Of a stretch of DNA of 64,000 nucleotides, positions 19,601-28,241 are shown one piece after another. Positions within the stretch are counted from its first letter, which is position 1, and the number at the start of each line of letters is the position of its first letter. The translations under genes were made by a program, and so were the position numbers. This stretch comes from Candidatus Sulfomarinibacteraceae bacterium. GTDB taxonomy: Bacteria > Acidobacteriota > Thermoanaerobaculia > Thermoanaerobaculales > Sulfomarinibacteraceae. Location of the stretch: the NCBI GenBank assembly GCA_963796455.1, contig CAWCLO010000004.1, positions 1,120,001 to 1,184,000 of the forward strand. Direction: 5' to 3'. Below the pieces are notes generated by a model that saw only the letters and a list, made by a program, of their open reading frames with translations, made no database searches and had not been told where the DNA came from.

Positions 19601-22600
19601 AACCGACACCGTAGCCGCCCCTGGATACAAGGTACAGGTCGTCCACAACCTGACGTCATAACTGTCGCACCGCCCTTCCCCTAGTGCCCGTTCGCACGGG
19701 AGAGATCCGTTTTCAGGCCAGTAACGATCCGGAAGGTCGTCCACAGAAGCCGCAACGATGAGTCGTGCTTTGTAGTCGGAGTAGAACCCGTTATGCATGA
19801 TCGTTTTGGTGCGGAGATCTTCGAGGTCAGATGTCGGATCCATCGTCATCCTGGAAGACCACGGATATCCGGGCGAATTCTGCGATCCGATCGTCCATAA
19901 CGCAACCCCGCCCTCGGGCATCGATGATGTACTGCCGTCGAGGGGAATAATCAGGCCCGGCTTTCCGTAAACCGGGCTTTCTGACGGCTCGGTTACGACG
20001 GCAAAAACGAGCGGCGACTCGCGGTTTACAATGGCGGAGACGCAAGGCTCTTCGGGTGTCCCGAGTGCGAGGCCAGTTTGGTCCTCAGCGCAGAATTCGA
20101 TCGTGTTTTCGCCACGAACCAGAGGCACCTCGGCCACAAACCAGCCCCAATTTCCCTCGGACCTCAGCTGCTCGACGGCATAGAACGCGCGCACCGCCAT
20201 CGGGTTTTCCGTCGACATATTGGAGACCGTGATGACGTCGTGCCCGAGATTTTGGTCGGCATCGGTCACGCGAAAAGCGATTTCTCCCAGTGACTCCTCT
20301 TCCGGCGAATCGATGAGCACGGAATCGATGACAACATCCAGGTTTGGCGCAAGATTCGAAAAAGTGGAGTCCACGGTCAGAGGGGTGGTCGCACTGCCGG
20401 AGTCGCAATAAACGTAAGCAGAGAGGCTGTCGTTGATGAGACCACCACTGTCGTTGAGGATGTCCCTGCCGATTGCACCATAGGTATCGAATGAGGGCGA
20501 GACAGCCCGCCGGTAGAGGTCGTATTCGTCGTCGGCAAGGGTCATTGCAGGAAGTGACCATTCCCCATTGACATCCGTCCCTACGAACTGTCGATCCTGA
20601 CCTTCGAAATCGATGAGGTTGGCGTAAATGGCGTCGCTGTCATAGTCCTTGACGACGCGGTAGGTACGATCGCCATCCGTACAGTCAGGTGAGTAGCGGC
20701 TGACAGGGCCGACACCGCTCAGCGTAAACTCCGGCGTTGCGATCAAATCGCCGGTAAGAAAAGGCCTGAAGGGGCTGTACCTGACTCGGTCTTGGCCGTC
20801 AACCACGTTTTCGTGAATCACGATCAGTAAAGCCCGTTCGCTATATCCACCGTCTGGCGTCCGGACCTCGAATCGAAGCCCGTTGACTCCGAAGCGTGCC
20901 CCGTCGAGAGCGATCTGAATCCAGTCTTCACCCGAAGGAATAGTGACCTCGAGATCCGGATCCTCATTTCTTACCACGCACGCCGGCACATCTCGGCCCT
21001 GAAAATGATCGAGGTTTGCCGGCCACTCGATTCGGGCGTCTTCGCCAATACCATTCTTCTGCTGGAACGTTTCTTCGTTGAAGAAGACCCGTATGGTCGT
21101 CCCTGCGAGGGTCTGGCCGGGCTCGGCCTCCAGGCGAAGATCGAGGGAGCCCTCACACACCGTTTTGGTGGCACCGCTCGGGCAAGCCCAGTCGACCGAT
21201 AAAAGGCTGGGCACGACACGCGGAGCGGACCAAACCGGAATCTCCACCGGCAATCCAGGTCCCTGGTCGGTTCGCCCGAGATAAACGCCTCCGATCATAG
21301 TCGGCATGCGGTAGTGGTAGGTCGCGCCTTCGACCACCTGGCGATCGATAAAGAAATAGTCGGAAAGTGAATGTGGATAGTCTTCTATTCGATTCCACGT
21401 GGCGCCGCCGTCATCGCTCCGTTCGAGCCACGGTTGCTCGGGGCGTTCCCATCGAAGAAACACCCCGCCTGGCAAGGCGTAGGAAGTCTCGAATCCGCGA
21501 ACGTGTCCGTAGCCCGCCGCATCCAGGTCGACCTCAGCACTCGCGCATTCGTATCCCGTCAAACCGAAAACACAGGGCGGTTCAGCTCCCCGAAGATCGG
21601 GATCCGACGGCATGGCCTCCGGTGTCGCAATAACGACTCGCACCACGTAACCCGTATCTGCCTCGGACGAAGTGAAGCTTGTCGACAGCGACGAAGTGGA
21701 AGTGACGATCGGCATCGGATCTTCACCGTTAGCGGCCAGTACGGCGAGCCGGACTTCAAACCCGGCTGGCACCCGCGAGTCAGAGGCGTCAATATCGAAG
21801 ACGTCACCGTCGTAGAAAAATGTCCCCGGTAAGGGTAGATCTATAACCGCAGACGGCTCGTCGTCGACGATTGTCCCCGTGGCGACAAAAGATTCCCCGA
21901 GTGACGCCCCGACCGGGTTGCTCAGAACGACCGTGAACTCTTCGTCAGCCTCGGCCAGTTGATCGTTGGTGATTTCGATTTCGATCGTTCCGGCGGATTC
22001 TCCGGCGAGGATTTCCAGAACGCCTGAAACCGGAGTGAAGTCCTCACCCTCCGTCGCCGAGCCGCCTTCGGTCTCGAACTCGACACTTGCATCGACGCCG
22101 GAAACGGCTGACAACACGACCTCGAGTTCGAGGGTGCCGGCACCCTCGCTCACATCGACGGCCGACTGGGAGAACGCGATCTCTGGTGGAAGGTCGTTGT
22201 CTTCGATAGTAATCGTCGTTCGAATCTGATCACCGAGCACGGCGTTGATGGGGTTCGAGATCTCGATATCAAAGGTCTCGGTCCCTTCATACAGGTCGTC
22301 ATCGAAGAGATAGATTGGAATCGCACGGTTGTTCGACGGACCGTTGAACGACCATGACCCGTCCGGCGCCTGGAAGTCCTCACCAGCTACCGCTGTGCCA
22401 TTGGTCGAAGTGAGGGAAAAAACAACGCTGGTAAATGGCACCGTCGACAGGTAGGCGTGCGCTACGATTTGTCCGTCCCCCTCAGACGCTGAAAGTGCCG
22501 GACCTTCAAGTGTGATGATCGGGGGGTCGTCATCGATGATGTCGATGTTCTTCCACGAAGAGCCCTCGAGCACTGCTCCATCAATGGTGTCGAGTCGGAT

Positions 22601-23017
22601 TCTGAATGTATGGGGAGACACTTCACCAATCTCGTCGTCGACGATAGTGATCTGTATGGATCCATTCAGCTGCCCATCCGGAATAGTCGTCTCGCCAGAG
22701 ACGGGGAAGAAATCAACGCCCCCTTCCGCCGTAAGGTCCGTTGTCGACCACAGGACCGTGACCTGAGAATCGCTGGCAAAGGACAGCTCCAACTGAATCT
22801 CGATCAGACCCGCCGCCTCTTCCACGCTGTAGGATTGGTCGGCAAAACTCAGGCTCGGAGGGTCGGGAATCTGGGTGCTCCATGACGACAGGTCCCCTGA
22901 CTCAAAACCGTCGTAGAAGATCTGTTCCTGGGCTTCGCCCCAAGCCCCGGCTGACGCACTCACGATTAATAGTAGAATCGCGATCCGCGTCACATGCGGC
23001 GCCGGGTGGGACATCAC
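16571..23017 (-). CDS. giant secreted protein 2, N-terminal part (FYDGFESG motif, three Calx-beta, FN3/Ig-like, PPC-like domain)
   Basis: Signal peptide (AWG-E), IFYDGFESGDLSSWS, three TAxxGxDF...IxDD Calx-beta units and GDKDYFIF..G PPC-like motif. AGGAGGA SD; the ATG at 23014 is an alternative start. Confidence 0.8.
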   Translation of the reverse strand: MMSHPAPHVTRIAILLLIVSASAGAWGEAQEQIFYDGFESGDLSSWSTQIPDPPSLSFADQSYSVEEAAGLIEIQLELSFASDSQVTVLWSTTDLTAEGGVDFFPVSGETTIPDGQLNGSIQITIVDDEIGEVSPHTFRIRLDTIDGAVLEGSSWKNIDIIDDDPPIITLEGPALSASEGDGQIVAHAYLSTVPFTSVVFSLTSTNGTAVAGEDFQAPDGSWSFNGPSNNRAIPIYLFDDDLYEGTETFDIEISNPINAVLGDQIRTTITIEDNDLPPEIAFSQSAVDVSEGAGTLELEVVLSAVSGVDASVEFETEGGSATEGEDFTPVSGVLEILAGESAGTIEIEITNDQLAEADEEFTVVLSNPVGASLGESFVATGTIVDDEPSAVIDLPLPGTFFYDGDVFDIDASDSRVPAGFEVRLAVLAANGEDPMPIVTSTSSLSTSFTSSEADTGYVVRVVIATPEAMPSDPDLRGAEPPCVFGLTGYECASAEVDLDAAGYGHVRGFETSYALPGGVFLRWERPEQPWLERSDDGGATWNRIEDYPHSLSDYFFIDRQVVEGATYHYRMPTMIGGVYLGRTDQGPGLPVEIPVWSAPRVVPSLLSVDWACPSGATKTVCEGSLDLRLEAEPGQTLAGTTIRVFFNEETFQQKNGIGEDARIEWPANLDHFQGRDVPACVVRNEDPDLEVTIPSGEDWIQIALDGARFGVNGLRFEVRTPDGGYSERALLIVIHENVVDGQDRVRYSPFRPFLTGDLIATPEFTLSGVGPVSRYSPDCTDGDRTYRVVKDYDSDAIYANLIDFEGQDRQFVGTDVNGEWSLPAMTLADDEYDLYRRAVSPSFDTYGAIGRDILNDSGGLINDSLSAYVYCDSGSATTPLTVDSTFSNLAPNLDVVIDSVLIDSPEEESLGEIAFRVTDADQNLGHDVITVSNMSTENPMAVRAFYAVEQLRSEGNWGWFVAEVPLVRGENTIEFCAEDQTGLALGTPEEPCVSAIVNRESPLVFAVVTEPSESPVYGKPGLIIPLDGSTSSMPEGGVALWTIGSQNSPGYPWSSRMTMDPTSDLEDLRTKTIMHNGFYSDYKARLIVAASVDDLPDRYWPENGSLPCERALGEGRCDSYDVRLWTTCTLYPGAATVSVDEPVGPLNVAPWDEFDLSADATSPELEPFAFSWTVYGADDIYRHWPILTLGPDDFGDGFSTANKNLTVSPVDVGLPVGRYQIVLRGRYPAEGCGSNGWFFGEPPPINLTVGHTLDGVAPGQVVEDATFRVYSRTWVVGGDGYVFLDDDLEDDVEPMIYYGEVQAGGYLEITPQAGELPPLDNPYFVSVGDDLNGTSRSGWLNAFRVENSGTTENPLIVMNEEDDSCGGEGSECAHPIIPGQVWRGEWGEPGDKDYFIFVAGEGVKVRVMLDAVPGSSGQGDDSRPTDPELVITDPDGIYTFEGFSDDRGPDDTNATVEWTTRVSGSHFFVVSTRQGTGQYLVSLELLEEPATDGFEIVAHETTAHLVLEGEVDLSTDEILPPSTSLRAHVMDLFGRPASAVAVTWKLISGAAYFGEETLSGWNGSVSTAVTLNEDLAVEIEPELILPAGTGAKYGPVSAPSGGQIDPIIGILKLGNGAISGDERLSRMEIDRIRQTRRDAWPKDESKTQEFLSGSPEKTTGTNCGLNPRYSVVKLVLPPHARALAGVEIEFLDLENKALERLEDLTVLEPEGIVATRVMAIFLDDSTPPATIEEDISGQVPINLRAILPASRPHHDPMVSIDGGTTWCDSVHDFSLSILYRPGSIANYLRFLKGEPDPFHYATNEILHGSVSFPVQIQQSGASGNFARRRINSTGLLPVAPEPEQPETVQFLAPEYRVKRIPRIRHPVYSMIEDEGVHYFAPLGPQFLLRDQYENITVEAGYRGEENDLTNAVEVGLSDGGGPGDQLWYAVTWPKDIPTYAMRALQKTSSTLPEGAHTKNLRVRRVDGSYIENSVTIEVVDEVPMTVWSCPESNSFFCEGYIRLGTGSYPMQPGEGVYGRLGNRIWLRIHPVMVDELSDPHPQNPFYNIPYHVYVNGPTSSATHLLVDSNGKPTKYLEVEMTAGSVDDDGAGGVVITPFGDPSSTLDVQTNTGRFGDRPNRTRVRPCGCPRHQRNRGTTVSMQSRWHPS

Positions 23018-23245
23018 TCCTCCTTTATACCTTGAAAATCCGGAGGATACTTTGCCGGTTTTGCCTTCATGGTGAACGGAGAACCCCTTTCACCCTCACG
23101 AAATCGCCCTCACTGAATACGATATGGCCCGACTCGTCCAACCGCAATGGGCCGATTGAGTGGTTTTTCTCATCAAAGTGAGTGGTTTTGCTCAAGTATT
23201 CGTCTGATTCTTGGACATTATGCGAGCAAAAGGGCCTGTTGTTCC
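22933..23245 (-). repeat. duplicated promoter/leader/signal-peptide module, copy A
   Basis: 22933-23177 aligns ungapped to 58018-58262, and 23102-23245 aligns ungapped to 61628-61771. Confidence 0.9.
23157..23194. promoter_or_regulatory. tandem TGAG-N8-CTCA operator-like sites, 22-bp period
   Basis: TGAGTGGTTTTTCTCA (23157-23172) and TGAGTGGTTTTGCTCA (23179-23194). Homologs at 61683-61698, 61705-61720 and 58242-58257. Confidence 0.55.
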
Positions 23246-23252
23246 GTAAAGG

Positions 23253-23490
23253 TAAAGGTGCCAGGTACGGGGGTATTGATGTTTTGGCTCACAACGGTTC
23301 CTCCGCTCGCGCGAGGATTGCTGAATCGACTTCATTCATCTTATCGCCGAACTGGCTGTCCTCGACTCTGATAAAGGTGCCAGGTACGGGGGTATTGATG
23401 TTTTGGCTCACAACGGTTCCTCCGCTCGCGCGAGGATTGCTGAATCGACTTCATTCATCTTATCGCCGAACTGGCTGTCCTCGACTCTGA
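23253..23490. repeat. 119-bp exact tandem duplication of TIR plus transposase 3' end
   Basis: 23253-23371 equals 23372-23490. Confidence 0.9.
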
Positions 23491-24475
23491 GGTCAGAGGC
23501 CTTGCTCACCCATCGGCTCGCTGTTTCGATGTACTTGTTAAGGCCGAAAGCCATCTCCTTGACCGAAAACCCATACAATTCGACGCCAAGCCACGCAAGT
23601 GTCATCCGAGCCGTTACGATCGGCTCACTTCGTTTTCGACTCCTGAGGTCATTCAACGAGATGCCGCAAGCTTCTGCACCCAGTCCGAGGAATTGTTCCA
23701 GGTCGACCTTGGGTCTCACCATGACTGTGCTCAGTCCATCCATGCCGATTCTCGGTCGATTCTGGTCAACCGCGATTTCATCTCCACTTGCTTGTTTTGG
23801 AGGACGACCGATTCGCCACCACGGAAGCCGACCTGGGCCCTCCTTCTGCCACTCCTCTGAACGCCCATGCGTCATCGCTGCTCGGTATCCAGCTTTTGCT
23901 CGACTACGGTTTGGATCGAAAGCAAAAAGCGTTTCGTCTCGATCGATGAGTCCCCGTCCGACGGCCCTGCCGATCACCTCCCGATGACCGCTCCATCGGT
24001 ATTTAGCTGGGTTCGGAACGATTCCGGCAGTCACTGGGTTGAGGTGGATGTATGCAATCAGTTTTCTGAGGTATTCAGGATCATCCACGAACCGGGAACG
24101 ATAGCGACCCTGCCAAAACGGACCAAAGACCCGATGACGGCCGTTGTAGCTCTGCGAAAACCGGTGATGGATGGTTCGCATCGAACGCGACAGCGCCACC
24201 TCTCCCATACGAACGGCAAGGTGGTAGTGGTTGGACATGATGCACCAGGCCAGGATCTGAAGATCATCCCGCTTTTTCACCCTGGCGATAAGATCCTCTA
24301 GGCGCTCCGCTTCATCCTCGTTGCGAAAGATGTGCTCACCGCGGGAAACCCGGTTGTAAACGTGATAGATGCCGCCCGCAACCAGAATCCTCGGCCGTCG
24401 TCCCATGTTTTGACCCCACCAGAATGAATTGGTGGAGGGATCATAACATCAATACCCCCGTACCTGGCACCTTTA
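23372..24475 (-). mobile_element. TIR-bounded RAYT-like element, copy 1
   Basis: Perfect 31-bp inverted repeats TAAAGGTGCCAGGTACGGGGGTATTGATGTT at 23372-23402 and reverse complement 24445-24475. Decayed end repeats extend to 24520. Confidence 0.85.
23408..24406 (-). CDS. HUH Y1 tyrosine transposase (RAYT/TnpA-REP-like) with C-terminal DnaA-C-like HTH
   Basis: YHVYNR, CIMSNHYHL (HUH), FWQGRY, YIHLNPV (catalytic Tyr) and YRWS, followed by a helical HTH-like C-terminal domain. Confidence 0.9.
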   Translation of the reverse strand: MGRRPRILVAGGIYHVYNRVSRGEHIFRNEDEAERLEDLIARVKKRDDLQILAWCIMSNHYHLAVRMGEVALSRSMRTIHHRFSQSYNGRHRVFGPFWQGRYRSRFVDDPEYLRKLIAYIHLNPVTAGIVPNPAKYRWSGHREVIGRAVGRGLIDRDETLFAFDPNRSRAKAGYRAAMTHGRSEEWQKEGPGRLPWWRIGRPPKQASGDEIAVDQNRPRIGMDGLSTVMVRPKVDLEQFLGLGAEACGISLNDLRSRKRSEPIVTARMTLAWLGVELYGFSVKEMAFGLNKYIETASRWVSKASDLRVEDSQFGDKMNEVDSAILARAEEPL

Positions 24476-24531
24476 TGTGGCACCTTTACCTTTATGGCAT
24501 TTTCTTTGTTTACCTTTACGAAACTATGTTG

Positions 24532-25536
24532 TCAATCGTGGAGGTACGAAACGTTTCGAGATCCGTTGGGATTCAGATACAAAAGCAATGCTGCGCGAGC
24601 AACTTCACGATCATTTTCGAGCGCGATAATCGGCCGACCTGTCACCATACCCTTCCCATAATTGCCCTGAACCTTGAAGTAGAAATAGACCGTCGACGGG
24701 CTTCTTGCGGCCGACAACTCGAGGTTGTCCTGATAACCGGATTCGGGTGCTTCGGTCATTCCTCGCATCCCGATTTCGGGCCATACACCCACCTCTCCGG
24801 GATCGTAAACAACAAAACCATCGCCGTCATCGAGGTCATTGAATCTGAGCCAACCGAGGCCTAGACCCTTTCTGGCACGGCTGTCGCCCTTCTTCTTGAA
24901 CTCTGCGGCAGGCAGTCGGGAGTTTTTGCCCTGGTCCGCTTCAAGATAAACGTACGGCCAACTCAACTCCTGCTTCTTCCCGTCTTTGATGAGCCAGGTT
25001 TCTCCGGCTGTCTGGCGTTTGACACCGACGACCAACACCGGGCCCTGATACTCGGCCCCGAGTATCCCCTCATGTTTCTTCAAAGCAACCGGAATAGGTT
25101 CCTTTTGTAGAACGATTTCGATATCCAATTTTTCAACCCCACCGGGATTTTGTCGGGGAACCTCTGGATGGAATGCAAACGACCATATTTCCGGGTAATA
25201 GCCGTCCTTCAGTATTGAGAGGTTGACAGAGGAAATCCGGCGTCGACTTATTCGAAAATCTCCGTCGACTTCGATGCGCTTATAGTCGATCTTCCTGTTG
25301 GATACTTGATCACCAAGATCCCGAAAATAGTACTTAACCGCAACTTCACTCAACGGCGTGCCGTTCTCGGAGACAACTCGACCACGGATATCGACGTCGC
25401 CAACATGAGAATCTACGATTTCCCGATCAATCTCAAGTAGAGATTCCTGAGATTCTTGGGCGCACGCAGAGCATACGAACAAGAACAGAAAACCCGAGAC
25501 TGGAATCAAGAGGCGTCCAATTACTATCTCCCTCAT
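24532..25536 (-). CDS. secreted/lipoprotein-like hypothetical, putative immunity protein of the alpha/beta-hydrolase toxin tip
   Basis: Hydrophobic signal (FLFVCSACA). Starts 4 nt after the TAG (25541-25543) of the hydrolase remnant. Paralog of 5865..6875. Confidence 0.7.
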   Translation of the reverse strand: MREIVIGRLLIPVSGFLFLFVCSACAQESQESLLEIDREIVDSHVGDVDIRGRVVSENGTPLSEVAVKYYFRDLGDQVSNRKIDYKRIEVDGDFRISRRRISSVNLSILKDGYYPEIWSFAFHPEVPRQNPGGVEKLDIEIVLQKEPIPVALKKHEGILGAEYQGPVLVVGVKRQTAGETWLIKDGKKQELSWPYVYLEADQGKNSRLPAAEFKKKGDSRARKGLGLGWLRFNDLDDGDGFVVYDPGEVGVWPEIGMRGMTEAPESGYQDNLELSAARSPSTVYFYFKVQGNYGKGMVTGRPIIALENDREVARAALLLYLNPNGSRNVSYLHD

Positions 25537-25540
25537 CCGA

Positions 25541-26348
25541 CTACTCCGTTCCGGCAGGAATTATGCCGTTTGGTTGTTCATCCGTTTTCACCGAAAAGTT
25601 TTGGTACCACCGCCAAATCTCGGCAGGCGGCCCCTCGAAACCAGCTATGTTCTTTTGGTCGCCAGCCGAAAAGCGAAGAATCAATACTATAGAAGTTCTC
25701 AGCCGAAGACTCACCTTGGTTTATACTCGGCCATCCCAGCGGGTTTGCTAACCTTCTTAAAAACAATGACACGCCACCGTTGGGGAAGTCAGGATTGGCA
25801 TGGCGGGGATTTCGTACCAAAGGTCTGGACGATTCCCTGGTTCATGCACCTGAAAGTCATCTGCTACGGGAACCCTGTTGCTCTGGCTAATCCGCGTCCA
25901 ATTATCCTCCTCACCCTGGGACAATTATCGTTTCCAGGATCCTCGAACTGGGGCAACGTGGTCCTACTAAGAGGAAGGGCGTCGTTGTATTTCATCAGTT
26001 CGAGCACGAAGTCCTCTGAGGCAAAGCTGTTGAATAGCGCATCCATCTGCTCTGATACCGGGTGCCCCTCTTGACCAAACCAGAACGCCCAAGATCCACG
26101 CATTAACTCCTCGACAGAGAAGCTGACGGTGCGCGCTGTAGATTGCCGGGCGCTGATCCCACAGAGTTTCTTCCAAATTGCCGCTTCAACGGAGATCATA
26201 TTGTGGATGAGCTTCTGGTCACTCTCGACTGAATTTAACCGCAAGGCGTCAAGGGTCACGAGATTCCCGAGACTATGAACTAAAAGGTTCACGTTCTCTC
26301 GCTCAGCACCCCATTCACCCAGCACTATTTCTCAAAGAAACTGCTTTG
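25541..26348 (-). pseudogene. 5'-truncated, frameshifted alpha/beta-hydrolase (lipase/esterase-like toxin tip)
   Basis: VNLLVHSLGNLVTLDAL nucleophile elbow, NSFASEDFVL (Asp) and GWRPKEHSWF (His) lie in different frames. The product ends ...QPNGIIPAGTE*. It begins abruptly at the TIR (26349). Confidence 0.65.
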
Positions 26349-27448
26349 TAAAGGTGCCAGGTACGGGGGTATTGATGTTTTGGCTCACAACGGTTCCTCC
26401 GCTCGCGCGAGGATTGCTGAATCGACTTCATTCATCTTATCGCCAAACAGGCTGTCCTCGACTCTGAGATCCGAGGCCTTGCTCACCCATCGGCTCGCTG
26501 TTTCGATGTACTTGTTAAGGCCGAAAGCCATCTCCTTGACCGAAAACCCATACAATTCGACGCCAAGCCACGCAAGTGTCATCCGAGCCGTTACGATCGG
26601 CTCACTTCGTTTTCGACTCCTGAGGTCATTCAACGAGATGCCGCAAGCTTCTGCACCCAGTCCGAGGAATTGTTCCAGGTCGACCTTGGGTCTCACCATG
26701 ACTGTGCTCAGTCCATCCATGCCGATTCTCGGTCGATTCTGATCAACCGCGATTTCATCTCCACCTGCTTGTTTTGAAGGACGACCGATTCGCCACCACG
26801 GAAGCTGACCTGGGCCCTCCTTCTGCCACTCCTCTGTACGCCCATGCGTCATCGCTGATCGGTATCCAGCTTTTGCTCGACTACGGTTTGGATCGAAAGC
26901 AAAAAGCGTTTCGTCTCGATCGATGAGTCTCCGTCCAACGGCCCTGCCGATCACCTCCCGATGACCGCTCCATCGGTATTTAGCTGGGTTCGGAACGATT
27001 CCGGCAGTCACTGGGTTGAGGTGGATGTAGGCAATCAGCTTCCTCAGGTATTCAGGATCATCCACGAACCGGGAACGATAGCGACCCTGCCAAAACGGAC
27101 CAAAAACCCGATGACGTCCGTTGTAGCTCTGCGAAAACCGGTGATGGATCGTTCGCATCGAACGCGACAGCGCCACCTCTCCCATTCGAACCGCAAGGTG
27201 GTAGTGGTTGGACATGATGCACCAGGCCAGGATCTGAAGATCATCCCGCTTCTTCACCCTGGCGATAAGATCCTCTAGGCGCTCCGCCTCATCCTCGTTG
27301 CGAAAGATGTGCTCACCGCGCGAAACCCGGTTGTAAACGTGATAGATGCCACCCGCAACCAGAATCCTCGGCCGTCGTCCCATGTTTTGACCCCACCAGA
27401 ATTGGTGGAGGGATCATAACATCAATACCCCCGTACCTGGCACCTATA
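26349..27448 (-). mobile_element. TIR-bounded RAYT-like element, copy 2
   Basis: TIRs at 26349-26379 and 27418-27448 (30/31 match). Same orientation as copy 1. Confidence 0.85.
26385..27383 (-). CDS. HUH Y1 tyrosine transposase (RAYT-like), copy 2
   Basis: 332 aa with 7 amino-acid differences from copy 1 by my count, plus synonymous changes. Confidence 0.9.
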   Translation of the reverse strand: MGRRPRILVAGGIYHVYNRVSRGEHIFRNEDEAERLEDLIARVKKRDDLQILAWCIMSNHYHLAVRMGEVALSRSMRTIHHRFSQSYNGRHRVFGPFWQGRYRSRFVDDPEYLRKLIAYIHLNPVTAGIVPNPAKYRWSGHREVIGRAVGRRLIDRDETLFAFDPNRSRAKAGYRSAMTHGRTEEWQKEGPGQLPWWRIGRPSKQAGGDEIAVDQNRPRIGMDGLSTVMVRPKVDLEQFLGLGAEACGISLNDLRSRKRSEPIVTARMTLAWLGVELYGFSVKEMAFGLNKYIETASRWVSKASDLRVEDSLFGDKMNEVDSAILARAEEPL

Positions 27449-27467
27449 TAATATTACTTTAACTGTT

Positions 27468-28241
27468 TTATTGACACCATTTACCGAAAGTACCGTGAAC
27501 ACCCATGTTCAAAAAGATGCCGTCATTATTCAATGATTCGGAATGATCCAATTCTCTGAAATAGTCCGATTCATCTATGATGACCAAATTACTATTTTCG
27601 CGACCTAAATCAAGAAAAAATTTTCCCTCAAAATCATTGTCTAATATTATCCCGGTTCCGTCGTTCAAAATGGAAACAGATCTAACGCGACATTCCATTT
27701 CATTCCAAGGAAATTCAATCCGTCTTAAGATTTCACTTTCCTTGAACTGAATGATATTTACTTGTGTCTCTTTATCTCGATATGGATAGCCAGATATGTC
27801 TATACAAAACCATGTATCGTTAACTCTAACAAAGCTATCCCACAACTGCACGGGATTATGCACCGTCAAAAAGGGAAGTGGAACTACGTTCCCGTTACGC
27901 TGAATTGAATACTTTGCATTTACGAAATCTGAACGCCACATTTTCCCATCAACAGCCAATACATACCGCCCGCGTTCCAGCACTGTTACCACAACTCTTT
28001 CATCTATTCCGTTTGACTTCTTACAAACAGCCATCTCAAAAACGTGTTCTTTTTCGAATTCTGGAGAACAACCACAATAAACTGAAACGAGAATAAATAT
28101 TCCAAAAAAATTACTGAATATCCAAAAAGAATTAGATAAATTTTCGAAAACACGATCAAACTTTTGATGAGGTTCAACAGATATTAAATCGACAATATTT
28201 GAATTCAGAATCATTCTAAACCTTTGGTTAGATATATTCAC
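27468..28241 (-). CDS. low-GC putative Rhs immunity protein, possible lipoprotein
   Basis: GTGA overlap with the Rhs stop, visibly AT-rich, and a hydrophobic stretch ending SVYCGC. The true start may lie further downstream. Confidence 0.7.
   Translation of the reverse strand: MNISNQRFRMILNSNIVDLISVEPHQKFDRVFENLSNSFWIFSNFFGIFILVSVYCGCSPEFEKEHVFEMAVCKKSNGIDERVVVTVLERGRYVLAVDGKMWRSDFVNAKYSIQRNGNVVPLPFLTVHNPVQLWDSFVRVNDTWFCIDISGYPYRDKETQVNIIQFKESEILRRIEFPWNEMECRVRSVSILNDGTGIILDNDFEGKFFLDLGRENSNLVIIDESDYFRELDHSESLNNDGIFLNMGVHGTFGKWCQ

Noticed and set aside
23035..23070. c-di-GMP-I riboswitch (GGCAAAACC...GCAAAG..CCTCCGG on the minus strand)
   Set aside because: No intervening GNRA-capped stem or convincing receptor. 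Only an Infernal search could rescue it.
23182..23987. Plus-strand ORFs with an internal peptide repeat
   Set aside because: Products of the 119-bp duplication, antisense to the transposase.
13117..27448. Recurring ~30-bp sequence as a CRISPR repeat
   Set aside because: Copies are inverted pairs around transposases, mostly kilobases apart. There are no regular unique spacers and no cas genes.
13117..27448. Classical integron with attC sites
   Set aside because: No tyrosine integrase or attC structure was seen. The cassette analogy is functional only.
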